From Hormiphora californensis (lineage: Eukaryota > Animalia > Ctenophora), in NCBI GenBank assembly GCA_020137815.1, contig CM035359.1, positions 4,340,001 to 4,404,000 on the forward strand: DNA of 64,000 bases, written 5' to 3'. The notes beneath the pieces are model-generated. The model searched no databases. It was not told the DNA's origin and was given only the letters and a program-made list of their open reading frames with translations. Positions 11,586 to 22,400 of the stretch are shown here, piece by piece (the first letter of the stretch is position 1; each line of letters starts with the position of its first letter). The position numbers were made by a program, and so were the translations under genes.

Positions 11586-11909
11586 CACCCCCTGAAAACT
11601 AAATTGAAAGGTAATTCACATTTCCCACGTAACAGTCTCCTAGTTTCCACAGTACATACTAAAATTCCTTACTATCTACTGAAATCCACTTCTCCACACT
11701 CCCCAGTCCCTACTTTCCACACTTCTTACTTTTCCACACTCCAGACTTTTCCACATTCCTTAAATTTTTCTGCACTGCTCACCTTTTCATACCCTTCACT
11801 GTCCACTGATCCAAAATCTTCAATAATTTTATCGGAAAGAATTTTCCCGTAACTTTTCCATCCTCTTATAACTCTCTATCTTCCTATCCCTACCTTGCAG
11901 ATATTATAA

Positions 11910-14900
11910 ATGGACACCTCACTGATTTGTGCACAATTGAACACGGACATGGCAGGATCAGCGGCAGCGGCAGAACAAAATAATACAGTATTCCTTCTCT
12001 CTACAGCCATTTACCACGATATTGCAAAGGTAATTTTACTAGCGATTAGGAAAGCTTATACCATGGTACTAGTATACAGAACTGTTAACTGTGATTTCCT
12101 CATACTTAGATTCAAGATCAACTAGGTTCAGGAGCCAAGCTTCTCTTTGAGCCGGCGGGAATTTGTGGAAACGAATTCTTTTGTTTCCTCGCGGGATTAA
12201 ACGTCGGAATAATTGCTTCCAACCAGGTATAACAGTGAGTCAGGTAAATGTAAGGAGTGTGGAAATTCATACAATAAGGATAGCCATCGAATTATTATCG
12301 TGGAATTGTTGATTTACGTCGGATATTTTGAAGTTGTCACCCCTTCAAAAATTCCATAATAGATATCTTACAGGAAGTTTTGGACGCAGCAGAAAAATCA
12401 CACACGAACTTCGATTCGATCCTTTTGGGCGAGAATGTAATCGACAACTCTCTCTACAAGTAAGAAATGCATTCAGTTGAAACTATATCATTGTTCACCT
12501 AGTCACGGTCCTATTATAATAGTAATACTAGCCAGGATCCTATATGCTATAGTAGTAGAGACGCGATCATTGCTTCTACCTATACCCATCTCCCACTTCT
12601 ATAACTTTTTTATACTGAACTGCAATTTTTCCAGGGCAGCAAGTGTGCACGGATGTAAATCCTACACTGCCACAAGTGTATCAGACATGACCAAGATCAC
12701 GACACTAGTCGGACACGACTGCCAGTAAGTTATACACGTTCCTTGGTGACATTGACACCGTGCGCGACCAAGATTGAGCTCACACACAGGTGTCTGCTCC
12801 GCCTCAAAAAGGGTCGTTTCTTTCAAGGGATGTTGCACGCGATCCACTGGACCGATTTGCATCCGGTTTGTCGCAAAAGACTACAAATGATCCTAATATA
12901 CTGGAAAATACCCGAGAAGTTTGTCTGTGAACAGGAAGTGGGTCAAAATTGACACTGAAGTCAAACCTATAATCTGGCTTCCGAGAGTTTCTGCACTACG
13001 CCCATGCGATTTAGAAGATATTGGGAGATATTTTGATGCAATTAGCATCAGCTATTAATGCCGGGTATTTTCCAGTACTCACAAGAGTTCAACCTATCTT
13101 CTGATACCCTCAGATTCATTCTACACCGTCTGGGAGTGGTGCAAAAAGGCTCGGAAGCCAGATTATAGATTTGACTTCAGTGTCAATTTTGACCCACTTC
13201 CTGTTGACAGACAAACTTCTCGGGTATTTTCCAGTAAACTAGGACCAATTTGTAGTCTTTTGCAACAAACCGGATGCAAATCGGTCCAGTGGATCACGTG
13301 CAATTTGGCTTGAAAGACTCGACCCTTTTTTAGGGGGCGGAGCGGACACCTATGTGCGACCTCGATCTCGCACGCACTAGGTGTCAATGTCACCAAACAC
13401 GTTCCAAAGTTAAGCATTCTGATTATCATCGATTAGCTGTTGATCCATCATGGCATTTAGCCCCCCCCCCCCTCATCCTGCCCCCTCCCGTCCTGCAGGT
13501 TTGTATTGACAGCTCCCACGCTCCCTGAACTGGATACCATGCTCTCCCAGTGTGTTCTCCCCCCAACTATATCTGTGGATCTCCACAATACTGATCTAGA
13601 GGCACTCAGCAGGCTGATGATGAAGTGGAATGTAGGAAACATCCACGTGGGAAGTATCACTAGTGAGTAGTTAATAATTAACTTATTATTAGTTATTTAA
13701 TAAATTATCTAATCAAAACAGAGGTCCTGATCGGTGTTAGGATAATAGGCAGATGTTTTGGCCCATGGTATCACACTATCACTGATAACAAATAAAAACA
13801 AGGAAGTTTTAGTTCAACAGTTTACACATGTTTCAATACAAAATTGTATTTCATCAGAACTGAATCACACTTGTCCCGTTCCAGGTAAAGAAAAGATAGA
13901 ACAAATTTATAATGTCATGTTATACAACATCTCGCAAAATATATAGAAATAGGTTATACTAATAACGTGATTTATAAAAGGAATAAAGGTACTAGATTCA
14001 TATCTATTAGATCAGGATAGAATGGTAGAGACCCTCGGTAGCCTCGAATTTGAATGAGTACTGATTTGAGGATGCAAAATGATAATCGTAATCTAATGTA
14101 TCTAATGGCGTCATTATAGCTTTGTTTCGACTTAACCGAGTACAAGCCAGCCAGACGCTTGTAGAACCGCTCTGCTTCTGGTCCGAATGTTCCGATTGTT
14201 GAGAACACAAGTGGGGTGAAGGTAGCTCGTTCCACATTTAGGATTCTCTGCCCATAGGCCCTTTTCTTCTGACCTTCATGGATCTCCGCAGTTTTCTCGA
14301 TGGTGTTAATTTGATTTGTTGGTGCCAACGAGTTAACCGTTCCAGGTTTCTTGCTTGCTCCTTCATAAAGCCATCCAATTAGAGATTGTATTTCTTGTGA
14401 TGTCTGCAACTACCCATGATCTCGCTTCTCCGGTTTAGGAGTTGGTGGTTCCTGGACTCTATCAAAATCTCCATCTTTTCGGCAGTGCACAGGTCACAGA
14501 ACCGATCCCCAATTCTGTACGGTCTTCCCTTTTTCCTCACTTTCCAAGTGATCCCGAATGTGATCCCCCTGTCCTTCAACTCCCACACCTTTTCAGACAG
14601 CCTTGTAGATGTTCTTTTTTCGGAGTTGTTGAATGTGTGCTTGTGCTGGCTGAATCGGGTTTTAAATGAGTTCCCTGTTAACCCGATGTAGAGAAATTTC
14701 TGGTTGCAGCTGGTCTTCAGTTGAGCTTCGTATACCAATGATTCGGTGAGGCACTTTCCATCCAATGGACAACTTCCCTTGTCCTTACAGTTGCATAATT
14801 TATCAGGCACATCCGTTGGTTTCGGGCCCCCATGTGCGAGTTTTTTGTTGTGGGCCTTTATCCTCGATTCCATGTTTTTCATGCAACTGTATGATACCTT

Positions 14901-16622
14901 GAGAGTGTTTTTGTTGAAGATCTGGCTGTAAATGTGTCCTGCTGGAAAGTATCTTGCCACTAAACCAAGAAACTTTCGTCCCAGGTCCGTTTCAACATCC
15001 ACAGAAAATGGTGGGTTAAACCATATTACCCTTCGCCGTCCTTTCCTTTTCTTTTTCCCTTTTCTCGCCACGTCTTTATATTCCGTTGAGAAGCCCTTGT
15101 AACCACTCTGCTCCAAAGCTCCTTGGTAGTGATATCGTGCCGCTTGGAAAGCACTTGGACTGGATGACAATCGTCTTATGCGATCCATTACCATGTCAGG
15201 GATGTTCTTCATATATATATATATATATATATATCACTGATAACTAAATTACAGGTGTGAACGAAGTTGGAGATTTAGCATCTCTTCTCAGCCTGCTACC
15301 AACACCTCTAAATCCTGTGGTGACTCTATCACCTTCCTTCCTTGATCACTCAATGTTTGTGGCCACCCGGGTCCTGGATAAGATCACCAAGGTATGTAGC
15401 AAGTAGCAACCCCCCTCGCAGATATTGTTCTCAGACAGTGTTTACTAAAATGGTAGTACCTATAGAGGGCGCCAAAACCCGATAGTGCTCGATCAATGAT
15501 TGAGAGCTGGTTCAAACAAAGGGAAACAAGAAATTTTGTCAAACAAATGTTTCACCCGTAAGGGATCTTCAGTGACAGTAATAAACTACTAAATGGTAGT
15601 AAATATTGTCTGGTCAAAGCTCTGTTAAACCATATATTATGCGTGAGAACACCCAGAGTATTACCCTGATTCAGTTTCATAGTGCATAATATGGTTTTTG
15701 TAGATCATATACCAACTGATTCTCTATATAAAACCGGTAAGAATACATCCCCTACAATTCTCCAACTAGTCACCCTTCTCCCCTCAACTAGTCACCGTTC
15801 TCCCCTCGGCCTCAACTAGTCACCCTTCTCCACTCAACTCTCCCCTTAGGATAATGGTGAGGTAGACGTGTATGTTGACATGTCGGTGTTTGATGAACTG
15901 ATTTGCTACATGGATGACATTGACAACATATCCATCCTCAATGGGAACAAGGAGGAGGGAGCTGATCAACCTGCCACAATTCTCGGTGAGCATGTTAACC
16001 CCCCCCCTCCCCCCGGCCGGAGATGACTGAAAATCCATAAATTACAATCCATGCTTCTCCATAGAAAACAACCCATATACTATCGTATCCCCGGTATAAA
16101 TACATATCTACTGTATAATTTTCATCACACGTGCAGGTAACAGCTATGATGAGAGCGATGTGATAGCAGTCGAGCAGCCCGCGTCCCACCTCTCCACGGG
16201 AGATTGGATCTTCCTCTCTAACATCTCCCTGGTCTGTCTGGAGGGAGGCTGTGATGTTCTCTTACTGGACAAGGATAACAGGTATAATGAAACTACGTAC
16301 CAGGAACCGACCGATCAACAACCAATCAGAACTCGTTATTTAGGTCACGTGACTGGTTATCAGGCAATCAGGGACCAGTATTTCCTGATTCGGTCGGTTC
16401 CTGCATTTGACCCATGTTTCTTTCTTTTTCTAAGATGAGAAACTATATAGGAGGGTTCGGCAGATCAGTTCGATTCGATTAGTACGTTTCATCGAATTTA
16501 TGATTCTAAATTTTGTTTTCAGGGTGGTGTCTCGTGAGATATACGATCAGGAGGCAGAAAACTCTGCCATTCAACAAATTCCTACCACTAGGATGAGAAA
16601 CAACAGCATCATGGTCAACTAA
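11910..16622 (+). CDS. Catalytically inactive ornithine decarboxylase homologue (antizyme-inhibitor-like), 364 aa, 9 coding exons
   Basis: Exons 11910-12029, 12110-12226, 12374-12459, 12635-12724, 13499-13662, 15255-15391, 15850-15985, 16137-16281 and 16523-16622 are all GT-AG and phase-compatible (1095 nt). The protein is colinear with ODC: LAGLNVGIIASNQEVL...LYKAASVHGCKSYTATSVSDMTKI matches LAATGTGFDCASKTEI...IKYAANNGVQMMTFDSEVELMKV; VYVDMSVF matches YYVNDGVY; ILGNSYDESDVI...LSTGDWIFLSN matches IWGPTCDGLDRI...MHVGDWMLFEN. Confidence 0.85.
12743..13396. mobile_element. Mutator-like MITE with ~240-bp TIRs and a 9-bp TSD
   Basis: TTGGTGACATTGACACC...GGTGTCAATGTCACCAA, with TSD ACACGTTCC at 12734-12742 and 13397-13405. 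Confidence 0.88.
13818..13862 (-). ncRNA. Minimal type I hammerhead ribozyme of the Penelope element
   Basis: Minus strand CAGTT-CTGATGA-AATACA(attt)TGTATT-GAAA-C(ATGT)G-TA-AACTG: intact core, 5-bp stem I, 6-bp stem II, palindromic minimal stem III, GUA cleavage triplet. Confidence 0.85.
13887..14336 (-). mobile_element. 5'-truncated CRE-clade (RLE-type) non-LTR retrotransposon nested in the Penelope element
   Basis: VNSLAPTN...HEGQKKRAYGQRILNVERATFTPLVFSTIG.FG.EAERFYKRLA...RLSF...IRGYRG is the CRE C-terminus. 11-bp TSD CCGTTCCAGGT at 13876-13886 and 14337-14347. Confidence 0.85.
15537..15577 (-). ncRNA. Second minimal hammerhead ribozyme-like motif (solo Penelope pLTR remnant)
   Basis: Minus strand TGTCA-CTGAAGA-tCCC(ttac)GGGt-GAAA-C(attt)G-TT-TGACA: conserved core, 5-bp stem I, GUU triplet. 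Confidence 0.7.
16301..16403. mobile_element. Short MITE, CAGGAACCGACCGA family
   Basis: CAGGAACCGACCGA...TCGGTCGGTTCCTG TIRs. Another full copy at 26186-26307. Confidence 0.8.
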
Positions 16623-17491
16623 AATCCAATATTCAGTTAAAATCCTGGTTTTCTTTGTTGAGTAAGGAGTGTCCACTCAGTCCAGTGTCCACCCATTACT
16701 CAACAAGGTTTTCTCGGTTAAAGGGTATAGAGAAAGGGTTGAGGACCTTTCTACCCTTTCTCTTTACCCTACTAGAAGGCTACTAGAAGCTATATAGTGT
16801 CTGTAATGGGGTAAATGATAAAAGTGGGTAAATTTGGGAACTATATATATGTTTGTCTGCATGTTTGTCTGTTTTTAATCAGTAAGACTTTGACAAAAAT
16901 ACTCGTTTTGTGGTCAGCAGTTGTATTCTTGAAGATGCTGGAAGATTTTCTTTTGATCAGATCGTATAAAGAGTGGGGTGTCTAAAACCGAATTCATATA
17001 GAGTGTATAGTTATGATGATGACGTTGTGTACCTTTTTAAAGATACTGTGACTGATGTTAGCTACGCTCGTTTTAGTTTGGTGGAACGCGTTCAAAGTAC
17101 AATGTGATAATTAGCTTGATCTGGACTCTTTTTTAAACCTTTTAATGACAAACAGGTTGATTGACGAATATATTTTATTATAAAAATCTGATTCCATAAA
17201 AAACTTTTAGTTTTATTTACAAAAAACTGTTCTTAGCTCTTCGCATATCATCATCTCTCTTTGCCAAATGTGTGTAATACAGAACATTTATCATTTTATT
17301 TCACTCCCAGTTCCCACTAGATTCTAGAGATCAGGGTCGATTAAATGTTATGGAAGAATCCTCACTGTGCCCTAATTGTGTTCTCTCTTAAGTTACTCAA
17401 CAAGTTCTCTCTTCTCATAGCTTTTCAGTAAATCCGCCACACCACTTTAGGGATCCGAATGGTTGAGAAAGGCCGGGCTCAACAAGATATA

Positions 17492-17793
17492 GTTAGGAGT
17501 TGGAGGGTGCAACTTTAGACTTCTTCACTCGGGCTGGCACCTAGAACAGTTTTATGTTAAAAACTATAAAATTCCATCCAAATGTAAGCTACATTGGACA
17601 ATGGACATGCTGAATTTCGAAGCTGTATGTATCTCTTTTTGCTTACGATCTTTGTGTTTGAATTGTAACTGCTGGAATCACTGTCACTTTCCTCTGTTGA
17701 AATGATGCTATCTTTTGCTACAAAGAGAAACAAAATAAGATACTTAAACGGTGACAATAGGTGTGATCTGTGAAGAGCATATGTTCCGTTGGC

Positions 17794-17877
<84 letters not shown>

Positions 17878-18705
17878 AGGCCAATGCTCTGACCACAGTT
17901 CTCGCGCGAGAATGGGTCAGGCCAATGCTCTGACAGTGTGTGTGTGAAAGGTTACACAGGAGAGCAGTAAATCTAAAAAGAAAAAAGAATTTGACGAAGA
18001 ATTGTTGAAAATTGGGCATAGAACTGCTGCACTGATCAATAAGGCACCAGTTTCACTAGGCTAACATATAATTAACCTATGTTGGTATTGGAATTAGGTC
18101 TAGGGCTGATGTTGACTAGAAATGTCGCAGGGATTGGGGCCTCTTGAATGGCGGCTGGTAAGTCTACACCCTCAGTGTCTGAACTGTGCTCACGATGTCT
18201 TATTTCCTCATTCCCTACTGCAGAGTTTTTAATATTGAAAGTTATTTATAGTTTTTAAAACCTGTACCCTCGCAATAGACGTGGTTTCGGGTAAAAAGAG
18301 GAATCCATATAGGTTGTTAGCATCAACATAACTGACTTTTGTTTTAACAACTTTTCTTAGTTAGCTATGTTGATGCTAACAACCTATATGGATTCTCATT
18401 ATTTTTCAAATTTTGATATTTTGCTGCTCTGCTGTGTTACCTTTTGATAAAATTGGAGCTGATGATGCTGGTGAAGCAGTTAACGAATTGTGAACAACCC
18501 TGAAAGATACAGAAAGAGTTTTGGTTACTATGACAACACATACCGCTGTCAAGGGGACCACGAATGATGGGAGGTAGATTCCTTGATTTCGTGTTCACTT
18601 CCGTTAGAGCGGGGTTCTCCCTCAGGTATACCGACTGTTTGGGGATCTCACCAAGGCCGGGTTTCGGATTAAACCCAACGGGTGAGGCACTGCTTCGGGA
18701 CATTC
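17492..18705 (-). CDS. Putative small multi-exon gene of unknown function
   Basis: Splice-bounded open segments at about 18705-18544 (MSRSSASPVGF...), 18500-18440, 18218-18076 (GNEEIRHREH...), 17717-17647 (KDSIISTEESDS...) and 17541-17492 (VPARVKKSKVAPSNS*). One junction is not phase-consistent. Confidence 0.4.
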
Positions 18706-19256
18706 TGATTCTAAAATGGACCAGTAACATATTTTTGAGTAAGTGAGAGGGGGGGGGGAGTAACATATTGGTTATTGAATCATTGAATTGAGTTTGAAAA
18801 CAATGCTTGTTGTTAACATATCAAACATGCCAAGATCTTTGTTCGTGCGTATAATTACGATCACACATTTATACACACATCAGATGCTGCAGTATCTTAT
18901 TAGTCGTGATCGCTGATACAAAATTAAAAGGGCTTTGAACGAATCGAACTATAACATTCACCAAATTCAATTCACAGTTCATACACACATGGCTGACCAA
19001 AAAATGTGCATGCACAACACAAATTCCACCCTATTTTGACCCCATTTTGACACAACCATGCATACGTTTAGTGCACAACACGAACTTCTCTTACCGTTTC
19101 TCAATTTCTTGCTCACTCGGAGTTGGAGCGGCTAAAAGGGAGAGGGCCGTGAATAAGTAAATAATTGTTTACATCACATCAGTCTTTACACCCTGGAATT
19201 GTTTACACCGGTACACCCTGATCCCTATAAATTGGTCCAAACAGAGCAATTGTGCA

Positions 19257-19448
19257 GATTCAGCCCAACTGTGCGATTGTTAGTTTTATCAAACAACTGT
19301 CGAAGAATCACCATGGTGACTATCACCACACACACAACTGTCAGAATCACCATGGTGACATCACCATGACACACAACTGTCAGAATCACCATGGTGACAT
19401 CACCATGACACACAACTGTCAGAAGTATCACCATGGTAACTATCACCA
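19257..19448. repeat. About 39-bp tandem repeat (CAACTGTCAGAATCACCATGGTGACATCACCATGACACA)
   Basis: About 4 units just downstream of the Ig-receptor stop codon. Confidence 0.8.
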
Positions 19449-19456
19449 ATACACTC

Positions 19457-22400
19457 TCAGAAGAAGACATTCTGATCTTTGGAGCACAGTTCAGCATTTC
19501 TCGGTCTATAGACGCCACACCATCCTGGCTGAGACCCAGGAGGTCCCACCAGACTCTCCGGTTCCCCAGAATCCTGCTCGAAACTCAGCCTGAAACTAAA
19601 CCTCTTCTCCAGTAGGTCGGCTGGTGGGGGCGTGGTCTGGGTTGCCATGTTCCTCCGTTTTGGTGGCGGTATTGGGACACACTGGGTACTAGTACTGGTG
19701 ACTCCACTAACGCTCCGTATCAGGGTGGGTCGTGTGGTGGTGGGTCGCATTGACCGGGGTAGAGTCCTCTGGATGCGGGATAGCAGGGTGCGGGGTGGAG
19801 GGGAGATGTACGCGATGTTATCATGCCACCCCTGATCATCACCAGCTGATCCTGAACCACCACCTGTAACTCGTGGGAGGCAGCTTAGAATACACATTTA
19901 GTTTGTTATGTTCTAACCCTCGAAACAAAGTCTAGCTAGGCAACGTTTAGTTTTTCATTACATTACATTACATAAAAGTTGTACATGTTCAAAATGGAGC
20001 TATAAATGTGATAAAGTCGGACCCCGATTTACCGGACACCCCGATTTATTAGGTAAAATTATCCTTTCCCCAAGATAACAACGAATCAACAAACTAACTA
20101 ACTAACTAACAAAATAACAAACAAACAAACAAACAAGATAACTTACTCAGGGGTGGGACGTATTCTTTTTTCTGTTTTTGTCGGAACAAAATGTAAAGAA
20201 GAATGAGGATGGATAGGACGAGGAAAAGACCGCAAATACCACCAGCACTTCCAACTAGAAGCGTCGTGTTTACACCTAATTTGATGGAAATTAGGTGATA
20301 ATTAAGTGGTAATTAGCTGTTAATGAGACGATAATTAGCTGTTAATTAGATGATTATCTGGGTATTAAACACATCATGCACAGTGTGCTATTTACTGACT
20401 TGAGTTTGTAGTGGAAACAACTTGATAGGAATCTCCATTTCCCTGATCCACAGGTCCCGGATCAACTATCATCTCTGCTGCACAGACACAGTTACACAAA
20501 CTGGTTACCATGGTTACCATGGTTAGTAACCATGGTTAACCATTATATAATAGGTTACAATACGAGAATTGAGGCTTCGCATAAAACAGGACAAAACTGA
20601 TCATGATTGTTCATTTGAATATACCTATAGAAATGGTTGCATTTGCATAAGCGTCCTCTCCCACTCCGTTGGATGCCATGACTATGTAAAGTCCCTGGTC
20701 AGAACTCTGGGCCTAGGAAAAACAGGATAGAATTAACATAGATAATACTGTTTGGAATGATTTTGTGAAATTTCGGTATCAGTAAACCCAAATGTCGGTA
20801 TCAGTAAACCCAAATAAAAAGGATATATAATTCCCTTTTTACAATTAGTTTTACCTCATCGATAATTAGTATGGCTGATTGTGCAGTGTACCGTCCACCT
20901 GTCACTATTGGTACCCTGTCCTCTCCCTAAAAATGTTAGAAAGATTGAAAATGTTTGAAAATATGCACCAAATCAAACTGTTACAGTAAATTTCTTTTGA
21001 TTCTTTTTCAATACTATTATTAAGTAAATAAATACCTTGTACCAAGTGACATTAGGTGTAGGATACCCATAAACGACTGCTTCAACTGTTATCTGTGAGT
21101 TCAGTTGAATACTAATATCTGACAGCGTAATACTGGGTGCTATCTCATGACCTGAAGAGATATAACCGCATTGTTACCATGGTTACCGCACGGTTACCAT
21201 GGTTACCGCATTGTTACAATATCACGCAGCAAGAGAGCTGTCACCACGGCCTGGTGCATGATGTGTTCATTTTCATAAACATATAGATCTCAAAAAACAA
21301 TTTCGTTTTTCATTTCCCATATGCATGCATATGCAGAGGTTTTAGGATATTTTACTTCCCTTTGATCATATTCAACTGATAATAACCTAGCTGTTTTGTT
21401 TCTCAGTCCTCCCTGCGCCAACAATGTATCGATAAAAAGCTTAATTATTGTTATTACTTAATTCGTTAACTTATAAGCTAGTATTTCACAGATAAAAATT
21501 GAAACTTTACAATCACAGAATGAATCTGATTCGGTGGTTTTCGATCATTTTCTTTGCCATGGCAACCCTTTTTGGACTATCCGGAAACACTCTTATAATC
21601 TACTCCTCTGTCCGATACAATTCTATCGACTTGGACGAAGTCTCCGTAATGTTTGTCCGGAACCTAGCGGTAGCAGATTTGATCTACACAGCCCTCGGTG
21701 TCCTACCCCGGTTTATCTCATCAGTTATCGATGGAAACCCCTTTGGCATTAGTTGGTGTGAGGTGATCTACTGGGCCAAACATATTTGTGGGATGGTGAG
21801 TCTGTGGACGATCACATTCATTACCGTCCACAAGATGGTGCAAGGTGCTAATGCCCTTCAGGGATATGATCTCATCATCCTTGGCATCTGGGTTCTTGGG
21901 CGCCTTGTGGTCCTCCTCTATTCTCATTATGGCTAGCATCGCCGTAGCTGGCCACCCCGTGTTTAGCTTTGATCCGGTTGACGCAGAATGTCGGCATAGC
22001 TGGACCAAGATAAGGAAAACTTCAAGAAAAAATGTCGAGATAGCAGAGTTGTGTATTGAGGTGTTTGGGGTGTTGGTTCCCTTGGTTACTACGTTGGTTT
22101 GCAACTCACTGCTCCTCAGTGTTGCCCTTCGGAAACGAATTACTCCCCGATCAGGCCTCAACTATAAGGCCCTAACTACCGTGGTAACCCTGACGACAGT
22201 GTTCCTAACAACCTGGTCCCTTTACCTATTCGGGGCACTAAGGAACCTAGTGGGCGGTGTCAACAAGTCAAATGATGGGTTCGCACTGGCCGAGAGTTCT
22301 TTGATTTGTATTGGAGTCATGGTGAATCCAATCCTGTATACAATTACCAATCGCAGGTTCTGCCTTTATGTCCGGTCCTTGGTATGCAAGAGGGTGGAGG

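Larger units (their letters stand above)
13790..15231 (-). mobile_element. 5'-truncated Penelope-like retroelement (RT thumb plus GIY-YIG endonuclease) with a 13-bp TSD
   Basis: ORF 14379-15212 has WFNPPFS, KVSYSC, CNC...CPLDGKC, LVYEA...YIGLT..FKTRFSQHK and CDLCTAEK..CRH. TSD TATCACTGATAAC at 13777-13789 and 15232-15244. (AT)n at the truncated end. Confidence 0.92.

Noticed and set aside
13972-15212. Novel dual-endonuclease (GIY-YIG plus RLE) retroelement
   Set aside because: The 11-bp TSD shows the RLE part is a separate nested, truncated insertion lacking the catalytic N-terminal half.
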